64,000 nt of DNA from an uncultured Vampirovibrio sp. (GTDB lineage Bacteria > Cyanobacteriota > Vampirovibrionia > Gastranaerophilales > Gastranaerophilaceae), in assembly GCA_910579975.1 (NCBI GenBank), contig CAJTWU010000003.1, positions 30,010 to 94,009 on the forward strand, in the 5' to 3' direction. Positions 18,571 to 27,336 of this stretch are shown one piece after another. The stretch's first letter is position 1, and each line of letters opens with the position of its first letter. Position numbers and translations under genes: made by a program. A model generated the notes under the pieces. It was given only the letters and a program-made list of their open reading frames with translations, was not told where the DNA came from and made no database searches.

Positions 18571-20307
18571 ATGAATACAGCCGAATATTTAGTAAAAAAA
18601 CTTGAAGAACTCGGGATAAACGACTTTTTTGGGCTTCCCGGTGATTATAATTTCAATATACTATATGCTATAGAAAATAACCCTAATACAAATTGGATTG
18701 GCTGTACAAATGAACTTAATGCCGGTTACGCAGCAGACGGTTACGCCCGTCAACGCGGTTACGGTGCAATTGTTACAACTTACGGAGTTGGTGAATTAAG
18801 TGCAATGAATGCAATAGCAGGAAGCTACGCTGAAAATGTTCCTGTTATAACTATCGTTGGCGTACCAGCAACAAAATGTTTAGAAGAAAAAACTCTTGTG
18901 CATCATAATTTTTGGAATATAAATACAAGAGCATTTGAAAATGCTCATAAATCAATTGTTGAGACAACAGCTTTTTTAAATAGAGATAATGCAAAAATCG
19001 AAATTGACCGTGTACTAAAAATCTTTGTTAAAGAAAAAAGACCTGTATATATTGCAATTCCTATTGACATTGCAAAAATGGAACTCTCATACCGCAACAC
19101 CGACTATGAATGGATAAGTGATAAAAATACATTAGAAACTGTTATTGCTAAAATTACACGTAAAATTAATAATTCAATAAATCCTGTTATATTAGGCGAC
19201 ACGCTTATAAAAAGATATGAGGCGCGACTTGAATATAAAGAGTTTGTTGAGAAAACCGGCATACCGGCAACAAACTTTTTAATGGGAACCGGGCTTATTA
19301 ATTCTGATTATCCAAATTATTTAGGAACTTATTTTGGCAAATACAGAAATGTAAGAGCACAAGAAAGACTTGAAAACACCGACTGTTTAATTGCTGTTGG
19401 TGCAATTTACAGTGACTTAAATTCTTTTGGATTTAATTTACCATATAAAATTAACTCACACATAGCAATTTATGGTACATATACTTATGTTGAAGGAGAA
19501 AAATTCGATAACATAAAGATGACTGATGTTCTTGAAGGACTAACAGAAACTCTGGGAACACGAGAATTCAATATTGAAAAGCCTCTGATAGGATATGAAA
19601 AATCAAAAATCATATCAGATGAACTGACATCAGAATATATTTATCCACGTTTACAAGAATTTATTAAAGAAAACGACATTGTTATAGCAGAAACCGGAAT
19701 TGTGACCAATGGTGTTGTACAAATAAAATTCCCAAACAATACAGAATTGCATACCCAAACGCTCTGGGGTTCAATAGGCTGGGCGACTCCCGCTGCTTTT
19801 GGAGCTTGTATTGCAAATCCAAACACTAGAGTTATCCTTATAACAGGAGAAGGCTCTCATCAGCTTACTGCAATGGAAATTGGAAATATGCTAAGGCATA
19901 ATGTAAAACCTGTAATTATAGTGCTTAATAATAACGGATATACAATTGAAAGATTACTATCAGATAGCCCTGAAGATAATTTCAATAATATTATGCAAAT
20001 GAACTATTCAAAATTTGCACGTGTATTTGAAGGAGATGTATGGTCAACAAAAGTTTCTACTGCAGATGATTTTGACAAAGCTCTGAAAGTAACACAAATT
20101 ATGAACAAGCTTTGTTATATAGAAATCTGCACTGCACAAAATGACATGCCTGAATTAAGCAAAGAAGTTGTGACAAATTTAAAAAACAATTCCACCTCCA
20201 TTCCTGAAGCTTATTGTAAAAGAGCTGATGAAGTAAAATTAACTAAGCATGAAGATATGAATTTTGGAACAACAATCCATGAAAGTTTAAGAAAAGAGGA
20301 AGAATAA
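18571..20307 (+). CDS. thiamine-diphosphate-dependent alpha-keto-acid decarboxylase (indolepyruvate/phenylpyruvate decarboxylase family)
   Basis: ThDP motif GEGSHQLT...NNNGYTIE. N-terminal PYR domain resembles IpdC/PDC/KdcA. Confidence 0.8.
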   Translation: MNTAEYLVKKLEELGINDFFGLPGDYNFNILYAIENNPNTNWIGCTNELNAGYAADGYARQRGYGAIVTTYGVGELSAMNAIAGSYAENVPVITIVGVPATKCLEEKTLVHHNFWNINTRAFENAHKSIVETTAFLNRDNAKIEIDRVLKIFVKEKRPVYIAIPIDIAKMELSYRNTDYEWISDKNTLETVIAKITRKINNSINPVILGDTLIKRYEARLEYKEFVEKTGIPATNFLMGTGLINSDYPNYLGTYFGKYRNVRAQERLENTDCLIAVGAIYSDLNSFGFNLPYKINSHIAIYGTYTYVEGEKFDNIKMTDVLEGLTETLGTREFNIEKPLIGYEKSKIISDELTSEYIYPRLQEFIKENDIVIAETGIVTNGVVQIKFPNNTELHTQTLWGSIGWATPAAFGACIANPNTRVILITGEGSHQLTAMEIGNMLRHNVKPVIIVLNNNGYTIERLLSDSPEDNFNNIMQMNYSKFARVFEGDVWSTKVSTADDFDKALKVTQIMNKLCYIEICTAQNDMPELSKEVVTNLKNNSTSIPEAYCKRADEVKLTKHEDMNFGTTIHESLRKEEE

Positions 20308-20853
20308 ATGGGAAAATTATTTGTTATCTCCGGTTCATCAGGAGTCGGCAAAGGCACTGTAATTAAAGAATTTCTAAAAAAACATCCTGAATTTAAACTT
20401 TCAGTATCTTGTACTACCCGTTCCCCGCGAGAAGGTGAGATACATGGGATTAATTATTTCTTCTTATCAAAGGATGAGTTCAAAACATGCATTGAACAAA
20501 ATGAATTTTTAGAATATGCAGAGTTTTCAGGAAACATGTACGGCACACAAAAAGCTTATGTAGAAGCAAAACTTGCAGAAGGTAAAAATTTAATATTGGA
20601 AATTGACACTCAAGGTGCATTAAATGTAAAAAGAATTATGCCTAATGCACAATTAATATTTATCCTTCCTCCGTCATTACAAGAATTGGAAGCACGACTT
20701 CGCGGCCGTCATACAGAAACAGAAGAGGCAATTCAAAAAAGGCTTCAAACAGTAAAATCCGAGATGGAAAACTCAAAGCATTTTGATTACCAAATAGTTA
20801 ACGACAGCATAGATAATGCCGTCGCTAAACTTGAGGAATTATTAATATTATAA
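20308..20853 (+). CDS. gmk: guanylate kinase
   Basis: P-loop GSSGVGKGT and TTRSPREGE motifs. Confidence 0.95.
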   Translation: MGKLFVISGSSGVGKGTVIKEFLKKHPEFKLSVSCTTRSPREGEIHGINYFFLSKDEFKTCIEQNEFLEYAEFSGNMYGTQKAYVEAKLAEGKNLILEIDTQGALNVKRIMPNAQLIFILPPSLQELEARLRGRHTETEEAIQKRLQTVKSEMENSKHFDYQIVNDSIDNAVAKLEELLIL

Positions 20854-20854
20854 A

Positions 20855-22999
20855 CTAATATTTTTTAAGAATTGCATCAACAAATTTTGGGAAACTAATC
20901 ATACCTATCGCTTGATTATTACCTTTTCCATCACGTCGGATTGTTAACTTTGCCGGATTTGCATCAGCCATTATATTATAAGCACTACCGCCTAACTTGC
21001 GTTCTTCAGAGGTATTACATCCTTTGTTTGCAATTTCTGCATAATCATCAACATCATCTTTATCATTATTAATGCCTGTTAACCATTCAGTGATAACAGC
21101 ATTAGCTGCTGTTTGTAACTTATCTTTTTTCAAACCTGTTTCAGCAAGAGCTTTGACCACAGTTTTACCTAGTGTTGTCAATTTATCTTTCGCAATAACA
21201 TTTATTTGATCACTTTCAAATGCACCACGTTTTTTTGCTGTAAATATTTCTATACAATAATTCCCATTATATAGATCTTTAAATGAAGTTTGAGCAGTCA
21301 ATACCTGATCATTCAGCTTTTTATCGCCACCCCAAATCCTAAATCCGGGAAACTGGTCATTTTCATATGGAGTTAAGCTTACAATATTCTCTTCACCCCA
21401 GGAAGCATTTTCAATAGCTTTACCTAATAATAAATCTTTTTCTGGTACAAAACTTTGAACATCAGTTTTAATATCATCTAATTTTGCATCAACATTCGGA
21501 GTTTGAGAACCTTTTTCACATCTGAAACCTTTAGCTTCATCTAACCAGACACCTTGCCATTCTTTCAAACTACCATCTGAGTCAACAATAAATAATCGTT
21601 TATAATTCCTATCGCCTGTAGTTACTTTTTCCTGAAAAACTCTTGTTCCATCAGATTTTGCTTGAACTTCTACTAACGTATCAGTTGCAGCTTTAACTGC
21701 AGCAAGAGTTGCTGCTTGTTGTTGGATTTGCTCAGGAGAAATAGACTCACCGGCTTTGACTTCTCCGCCAACCTTTTGAATTTTTCTATCTTTCAACCCA
21801 ACTCCGCTAACATATTTCATATTACCATCTTTATCAACATATCTGATTATTTGATAATTATACCGGCTATTTTTATCCACCCATGCAGTCTTAATACCTT
21901 TTGGGACTCCAGTTATACCATTTAAGGTTGTTAATTGTTCCTTGGTTAATGCAGTAACATACCCGTCATCTACAAGTTTTTTCATATTCTGTTCACCTGT
22001 TTGTCCTGAAAAATCAGTTACAGCGGTTTGTTTTTTGATGTTTTCAACATCAACTCCCTCTGTTTTCAATGCAGCAGTAGTTGAGTCAACACCATTAGCC
22101 TTACCTAATAAAGGATCATCAGGAAAATCTTCATGAAGACTTGCATATTTGCTATCGGCAATTTCTGCTTTAGCCATACGTATCCAGTAATACAACTGAT
22201 CAACATTTTCAGGTGCAGCATTTGTATCGGCAATTTCCAAAAGTTTAGCTATAGAGGCTCTTGTTTCTTCAGAAACTGCATTATCTTTTTTTAGTTCCAG
22301 TGCTGTTTTTGTTAAATTTTCATAAACAGCTTCCAAAACTTTCTTCATTTCAGCTTTTTTATCACTATCAGCGTTTGTTAACTTCTCTGCATATAACGTT
22401 TTAAAACTTTTCTTTTTTGTAGTTTGCAATGAATACAAAAATTCCAGCGCATCAACACCATCTTTTAATTGAGTTGTTGTATTATTATCTTCACCAACTT
22501 TTAAAATAGTTTTGAAATCAGTATTAGTTTTTGCAAAATCTGTAGCAGCAGTTTTTGATTCATTTGAAGCTTCTATTCTGCTTCCATTATTAAACTTTTT
22601 CTGAATTTTTGTTTTATTTTCTTCATATAATGCTTGAAGTGCATCATAGTTTTCCTGTTTTACAGATTTATACCTGTTTAAAGTTACTTCTATAGTATCT
22701 CTTTCAGTACCTTCCGGCAAGGATTTTGCATAATCCTCCAGTAATTTATAAAGAGTATTTTGTTTTCTTGTTAATTGACGTTTTTCGACTTCATCTTCTA
22801 CAGTACTAGAACTACTACCATTAGTTGTCGAACTAAAACTATCGCCCCACATAGGCATCTGAAAACCGCCGCCCCAGCAGCTGTTCATAAAACCACCGTT
22901 GAAACCAGTAAAACCATTCATGTTTCCTAAACGACAATCCCACATAGTTTTATTCATTAAGCCCCAGAAAACCTGAGACAAATCAAATGGAAAAGGCAT
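20855..22999 (-). CDS. large hypothetical protein (714 aa), sigma-28-like promoter-driven
   Basis: GGAG RBS. G/F/M/W/N-rich N-terminus followed by Ser-rich and helical regions. No recognisable domain. Confidence 0.7.
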   Translation of the reverse strand: MPFPFDLSQVFWGLMNKTMWDCRLGNMNGFTGFNGGFMNSCWGGGFQMPMWGDSFSSTTNGSSSSTVEDEVEKRQLTRKQNTLYKLLEDYAKSLPEGTERDTIEVTLNRYKSVKQENYDALQALYEENKTKIQKKFNNGSRIEASNESKTAATDFAKTNTDFKTILKVGEDNNTTTQLKDGVDALEFLYSLQTTKKKSFKTLYAEKLTNADSDKKAEMKKVLEAVYENLTKTALELKKDNAVSEETRASIAKLLEIADTNAAPENVDQLYYWIRMAKAEIADSKYASLHEDFPDDPLLGKANGVDSTTAALKTEGVDVENIKKQTAVTDFSGQTGEQNMKKLVDDGYVTALTKEQLTTLNGITGVPKGIKTAWVDKNSRYNYQIIRYVDKDGNMKYVSGVGLKDRKIQKVGGEVKAGESISPEQIQQQAATLAAVKAATDTLVEVQAKSDGTRVFQEKVTTGDRNYKRLFIVDSDGSLKEWQGVWLDEAKGFRCEKGSQTPNVDAKLDDIKTDVQSFVPEKDLLLGKAIENASWGEENIVSLTPYENDQFPGFRIWGGDKKLNDQVLTAQTSFKDLYNGNYCIEIFTAKKRGAFESDQINVIAKDKLTTLGKTVVKALAETGLKKDKLQTAANAVITEWLTGINNDKDDVDDYAEIANKGCNTSEERKLGGSAYNIMADANPAKLTIRRDGKGNNQAIGMISFPKFVDAILKKY

Positions 23000-23035
23000 A
23001 TTCCCGTACTCCTTTTTTTACTTATCTGTTAATCT

Positions 23036-23062
23036 ATACGGCATTTTTAGACAAAACTTTAG
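23036..23062 (-). promoter_or_regulatory. sigma-28-like promoter TAAAGTTT-N11-GCCGTATA
   Basis: On the minus strand, -35 at 23055-23062 and -10 at 23036-23043. About 36 nt upstream of ATG 22999. Confidence 0.6.
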
Positions 23063-23078
23063 AATTTGAAATAAAATT

Positions 23079-23095
23079 GTTACATTATTTTACAT
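23079..23095 (-). promoter_or_regulatory. upstream direct-repeat module TGTAAAA-TAA-TGTAACA, 16 nt before the -35
   Basis: Same 7+3+7 module and the same 16-nt offset as at 3263-3279 and 44779-44795. Confidence 0.5.
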
Positions 23096-23169
23096 TTGTA
23101 CTTTATTTTTAATCTTGTTTCAGATATGATAAGAACACTAGCCCATTATTATAAAAGGAGACAAAAGAA

Positions 23170-23670
23170 ATGCAAGTAATATTGAAAAAAGATGTTCAAA
23201 ATATTGGTGAAGCCGGTGATTTAGTTAGCGTTAAAGACGGTTATGCTAGAAACTTCCTAATTCCTAAGAATTTTGCTGAATTAGCTACTGAAGGAGCTTT
23301 AAAAAACAGAGAACAAAATATCGCAAGAATTAGAGCTAAACAAGAAAAATTACATCAAGAAGCATTAGCTAAAGCTGCTGAAATCGAAAAACTAGGTCAA
23401 ATTGAATTGTCAGCAAAAGCTGGTGAAAGCGGCAAATTATTCGGTACAATCACTACTAAAAAATTATGTGAAGAACTTAAAGAAAAATCAAATATCGATG
23501 TTGATAGAAAGACTGTTTCACTTAACGCTCCTATCAATAAAATCGGTGAATATACTATGTTAATCAAATTAACTTCAAAAGTTAAAACTGAACTTAAGAT
23601 TGTTGTTACAGCCTCTGAAGTTGTAAAAGAATCAGTAGAAGAAACTGTTGAAGAAGCTGTTGAGGCATAG
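23170..23670 (+). CDS. rplI: 50S ribosomal protein L9
   Basis: MQVILKKDVQNIGEAGDLVSVKDGYARNFLIP is a canonical L9 N-terminus. Confidence 0.95.
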   Translation: MQVILKKDVQNIGEAGDLVSVKDGYARNFLIPKNFAELATEGALKNREQNIARIRAKQEKLHQEALAKAAEIEKLGQIELSAKAGESGKLFGTITTKKLCEELKEKSNIDVDRKTVSLNAPINKIGEYTMLIKLTSKVKTELKIVVTASEVVKESVEETVEEAVEA

Positions 23671-23684
23671 ATTTTAATATTATA

Positions 23685-23721
23685 AAAAATGTGCCGTCCT
23701 ATTTTAGTACGGCACATTTTT
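23685..23721 (+). terminator. rho-independent terminator
   Basis: Stem GTGCCGT/ACGGCAC extended by A/T pairs, then TTTTT. Confidence 0.75.
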
Positions 23722-23742
23722 ATTATATAGGAAGAAGAGAAC

Positions 23743-24795
23743 ATGAAACTAAACTCAAGATGCTTTCCCTCCGGAGCATTGGCATACAGTGACTTAGATC
23801 CTACTGTAAGAATGGTCGCAAAACTGTTTGAAAAAACGCCATACTTGCCATTTCTACCCAATATTGCACCGGAAGATACCATACTTAAAAGAACATTAGG
23901 AAATATTCCCGGTGTAGCTTTAAATGGAAAAAAGGTTATTTTTCAACTTGGTTCTGATAAATATAAACAAGCATTAGCAGATCTTGAAAAAGCTTGTAAT
24001 AATCCTACAACAGAACTTCTGGAACCTTATGCAATAGAGTCCGTTTTTATGGAAAAATTTGAGTGTCTTATACGCAAATTTAAATCAACAGAAGCTTGTG
24101 TAAACATTCTCGGACCGTTTACACTATCTCAAATACTTATGGCTGCTGCCGATGAACAAATGCCGGCTGATAAAAGTTTCAAAAAACTATTTATACAAGC
24201 AGTATGTGTCAAAGCATTATGGGCAATTAACAAAATAAAAGAAATCTCAAAATCAACTATTCCTATTATTGTTTTAGAAGAGCCAATGCTTGCAAAACTA
24301 GGTAATATAAAACGTGTCAATGAAGATATTACTGTTGATTATGTAACAGGCATGCTTGCAAAAGTTGTAGAAAAAATCCAACCAACCGGAGCGTTGCTTG
24401 CCGTTCAATGTTTTGATAAATGCGATTGGAAGATTCCTATCAACGCTGGAATAGATATTATTTCATTTGATGCATACAATAATCCAAATAATTTATGTAT
24501 AATCCCTGAACATATTACTAACTTCTTAGAAAGAGGCGGGAAAATTAATTGGGGAATTGTTCCTACAAAAAATGAGTCTATTGTAAAAAATATAAATTTA
24601 GATTTAATTGAGAAAAGATTTTTAAATACTTTAGAAGGGCTTGTTCTTGCCGGAGTTCCCAGACCGCTTGTTTATAACTCTGCGCTTGTTTCTTTGCAAG
24701 GTGATGTCGATAAGCTGCCTATAATATTTGCTGAAAAAGCACTTATACTTGCCACCCAACTTTCTAAAAAAATACCATCAGTAAAAAAGAAATAG
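23743..24795 (+). CDS. hypothetical protein, possibly URO-D/MetE-like TIM-barrel fold (weak)
   Basis: 350-aa ORF. I see only a loose resemblance to the cobalamin-independent methionine synthase-like family (GPFTL..., ...DIISFDAY). Confidence 0.3.
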   Translation: MKLNSRCFPSGALAYSDLDPTVRMVAKLFEKTPYLPFLPNIAPEDTILKRTLGNIPGVALNGKKVIFQLGSDKYKQALADLEKACNNPTTELLEPYAIESVFMEKFECLIRKFKSTEACVNILGPFTLSQILMAAADEQMPADKSFKKLFIQAVCVKALWAINKIKEISKSTIPIIVLEEPMLAKLGNIKRVNEDITVDYVTGMLAKVVEKIQPTGALLAVQCFDKCDWKIPINAGIDIISFDAYNNPNNLCIIPEHITNFLERGGKINWGIVPTKNESIVKNINLDLIEKRFLNTLEGLVLAGVPRPLVYNSALVSLQGDVDKLPIIFAEKALILATQLSKKIPSVKKK

Positions 24796-24797
24796 AA

Positions 24798-25868
24798 TTA
24801 TAATAATGCATTACTGTCAATAATAATTGTATTTCTTATAAAAGAATGAGCCATTAAAAGCAAATAAGGATTCATTTCGTTCGCAGCAGAAAGGTTTACT
24901 TTTGTTTCCCGAACTTCGTTAAGTTCTGTATTTTTTGGTTTAACTTCTTCTATATCAATATTAGTATTCATTGCATGAGAACTGCTTTCATCCATTAAAC
25001 TTTTTTGCAAAATGGATTTTGGGAAATTTTCAGCACAAATAATGTAAACATCAACAGAATTAGAAGTTGTAAGAGTGAATACACCTTTAATATTGCCAAA
25101 ATTTTTTGTTTGAATTAGAACAGTCAACTTAGAGTCATTTAACTCTGTTTCGCCATCAGGAGGAGTGATTTCCAAATCAAATCCAACACCTTCATTCAAT
25201 GGAAGCCAAGGAAGATACAACATCATTAAACTTTTTAAGGTTTGAGTTGGATTGTCTTTTTCAGCCATCGCAATACAAGAATTAATTATAGAAAGAGTTT
25301 CACGGATTTGATCATTACTCATTCCTTGCTTAGAAGCCGATGCCATAGAAATTATAAGTTCTGCAACCGCTTGTTTGCTATTTTGTAGAATAAGCTTTGA
25401 AATATTAGACATGCTAATCATACCGCTAAAAAACAGTATTGTTGCTTCTTGCTGTGCAGGTAGATTAGCTGCTGGAGCCGCTTCACCAAATAATGCAGCA
25501 AGAGTTTTTTGATTTTGCAGCAAATCCTGATTGAGATTTCCTATTCCTAATGTACCACCGTTAATTGGATTACTCGGATTCTGCGCATTGAATAAAATTT
25601 GTGACAAATTAGGCGGTAAGCCTAATAAATTTTTTATAAAAATAGAACGGTCAATATTTGCAATACAGTTCATTTGCAGCAATTGAGCAATACTATTTAT
25701 CGCCTGAATATTTTGCATTACCGGATTTGGCTGTGGTTTTGCATTTGATAAAGAACCTCCTAATTCAGGTGAAAAACCGGTAATCTTACCGTCATTTTTA
25801 AGTTTTTTCAAATACAATTCAGGGTTTTGAAGTCCTAAAATAATTTTACTTATGCTAAATCCATCCAT
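24798..25868 (-). CDS. hypothetical protein (356 aa), weak FliK-like C-terminal pattern
   Basis: Sits in an operon behind 25892-26248. Q/N/P-rich centre. The C-terminal segment LTVLIQTKNFGNIKGVFTLTTSNSVDVYIICAEN..SILQKSL loosely matches the hook-length-control pattern. Confidence 0.55.
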   Translation of the reverse strand: MDGFSISKIILGLQNPELYLKKLKNDGKITGFSPELGGSLSNAKPQPNPVMQNIQAINSIAQLLQMNCIANIDRSIFIKNLLGLPPNLSQILFNAQNPSNPINGGTLGIGNLNQDLLQNQKTLAALFGEAAPAANLPAQQEATILFFSGMISMSNISKLILQNSKQAVAELIISMASASKQGMSNDQIRETLSIINSCIAMAEKDNPTQTLKSLMMLYLPWLPLNEGVGFDLEITPPDGETELNDSKLTVLIQTKNFGNIKGVFTLTTSNSVDVYIICAENFPKSILQKSLMDESSSHAMNTNIDIEEVKPKNTELNEVRETKVNLSAANEMNPYLLLMAHSFIRNTIIIDSNALL

Positions 25869-25891
25869 AAGATAATTATAACAATATTATA

Positions 25892-26248
25892 CTACTTGTC
25901 CAACTCGTCTTCTTCATCATCCCTGAAAACTTCTTCTAAAGATTTAATTTCCTCATCATCTTCATCTAATATCGATAGCTTCTTTTTGTGCTTTTTGGAA
26001 TTTAAAACAGAGGCAACATTGGTCATAGCTAATGAATTAAGCGTTGCTCGAAGCAAAGCACTTCTGTCAACAAAAGCCTGATTAGCAAATTCATTACCCT
26101 CTTCCTCACCCTCAACAGGTGGAAGGTACATAGCTTCAGAGCCGTATTTCTCCTGACTCATTTTAGCAGCAGTGCCTGAAGGATCGCCGCTTTTAAAATT
26201 AAAAGCACCGCCGATTCCGTAAAAACCTGCTGACCTATTATCTACCAC
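25892..26248 (-). CDS. hypothetical protein (118 aa) with highly acidic C-terminus
   Basis: GTG start after GAGG. No recognisable domain. Confidence 0.5.
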   Translation of the reverse strand: MVDNRSAGFYGIGGAFNFKSGDPSGTAAKMSQEKYGSEAMYLPPVEGEEEGNEFANQAFVDRSALLRATLNSLAMTNVASVLNSKKHKKKLSILDEDDEEIKSLEEVFRDDEEDELDK

Positions 26249-26392
26249 TTTTTAGACCTCATGTTAAGGATATCAATTAACCAAATTATAAATATCCTCA
26301 TAGCATAATATAACCTCTAAATATATTATTTTGCTAGTTTATTACAAAACTTTACAAAAGTTTACTTTAAAAGGATTAGCCATAACGGGTCA

Positions 26393-26421
26393 TTGTAAAG
26401 GCTTTAAATTCTTCGTATAAA
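26393..26421 (+). promoter_or_regulatory. sigma-70-type promoter TTGTAA-N17-TATAAA
   Basis: Lies upstream of the skp-like gene, which has an AAAGGAGAG RBS. Confidence 0.4.
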
Positions 26422-26442
26422 AATTAAAAAAGGAGAGTAATA

Positions 26443-26874
26443 ATGAAAAAAAGTTTATTATTAATTGCATTGGCATTTAGTACAATTACAGCTTTTGCAG
26501 ATGAAAAAATTGCAGTAGTTGATTTGCAGCAAATCGTATCTAATTCATCTCAAGTTAAAGCTTTAAAACAAGAACATAACAAAAAAGTAAGCGACTTAGA
26601 TAAAATTCTTGTAAATGCGCGTGGTGAAATTGCAAATGAAACAGATCAAGCAAAAATATTAATGCTTGAAGACAAATACATGAAAGAATTTGCCTCTAAA
26701 AAAGAAGCATTGGAACGCGATTATAATACAAGACTGTCATCAATCGAAAAAAACATTAAGAGTGAAATTACAAGAAAAGCGCAAAAAGACGGTTATGATT
26801 ATGTATTTGCTAAGAGTGTAGTACTATTTGGCGGCAAAGATATTACCGGTGAATTACTTAACAATATTAAGTAG
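26443..26874 (+). CDS. skp: OmpH/Skp-family periplasmic chaperone
   Basis: Signal peptide, then KIAVVDLQQIV and a coiled-coil body typical of OmpH. Confidence 0.8.
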   Translation: MKKSLLLIALAFSTITAFADEKIAVVDLQQIVSNSSQVKALKQEHNKKVSDLDKILVNARGEIANETDQAKILMLEDKYMKEFASKKEALERDYNTRLSSIEKNIKSEITRKAQKDGYDYVFAKSVVLFGGKDITGELLNNIK

Positions 26875-26936
26875 GCAAATATTTTTTTGACGAGTTTTAT
26901 ATTATAATAAATATATAGAGCATTAAGGAGGCACTT

Positions 26937-27305
26937 ATGTCAAAAAAATATTTTTTAATTGCAGCATTTGTACTATCAATAGGCATTGCTAATGCAGATG
27001 TTTATTCAACTAATCGTGAAATGAATATGCAAGGCGCTCAAGCTGCAGCCGTAAATGATGCAGTTAATGAACTTTCAAAAGAACCTGAAATGGATATCAT
27101 GGATGTCATTAAAGAAAAGCCGGTTGTTTCTGCCGGTTCACATAAATCCACTTATTCTTTTGAAAAAGGAAAAATGGATGCAAGTTCTTTCAATGGTCAA
27201 GGAGGAACAAATATTCCTTCTGGAGTAAATGACTCAAAAACTATTTACAGAGATGATTTAGGAAGACTTCATTTCTTTGGTAAAGGAAATATAATTAAAG
27301 AATAA
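26937..27305 (+). CDS. hypothetical secreted protein (122 aa)
   Basis: Signal peptide MSKKYFLIAAFVLSIGIANA with an AAGGAGG RBS. Confidence 0.65.
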   Translation: MSKKYFLIAAFVLSIGIANADVYSTNREMNMQGAQAAAVNDAVNELSKEPEMDIMDVIKEKPVVSAGSHKSTYSFEKGKMDASSFNGQGGTNIPSGVNDSKTIYRDDLGRLHFFGKGNIIKE

Positions 27306-27336
27306 AAAAAAGCGGGTTTAAAACCCGCTTTTTTTA
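27304..27336. terminator. bidirectional rho-independent terminator
   Basis: A8-GCGGGTTT/AAACCCGC-T7 between convergent genes. Confidence 0.85.

Noticed and set aside
23397-23882. Many track ORFs lie antisense to, or out of frame within, well-supported genes. Examples are 1657-1872, 4094-4390, 6684-7064, 9751-10193, 12183-12734, 16346-16582, 17490-17741, 23397-23882, 46130-46345, 47394-47804, 50576-50905, 57469-57672, 59290-59535 and 60550-60780.
   Set aside because: These are shadow ORFs typical of AT-rich DNA. They have low-complexity or hydrophobic nonsense composition and no RBS, and each is fully overlapped by a gene with clear family motifs.
26346-26358. AAAACTTTACA motifs at about 26346, 30324 and 59067 contain AAACTTTA, the reverse complement of the sigma-28 -35 TAAAGTTT.
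   Set aside because: No GCCGATAA-like or GCCGTATA-like -10 lies at N11 on the opposite strand. The 8-mers there are AGCAAAAT, TTAATATT and GTTTTTAT. They read better as sigma-70 -35 boxes (TTTACA) on the plus strand for skp, the 30500 region and infA.
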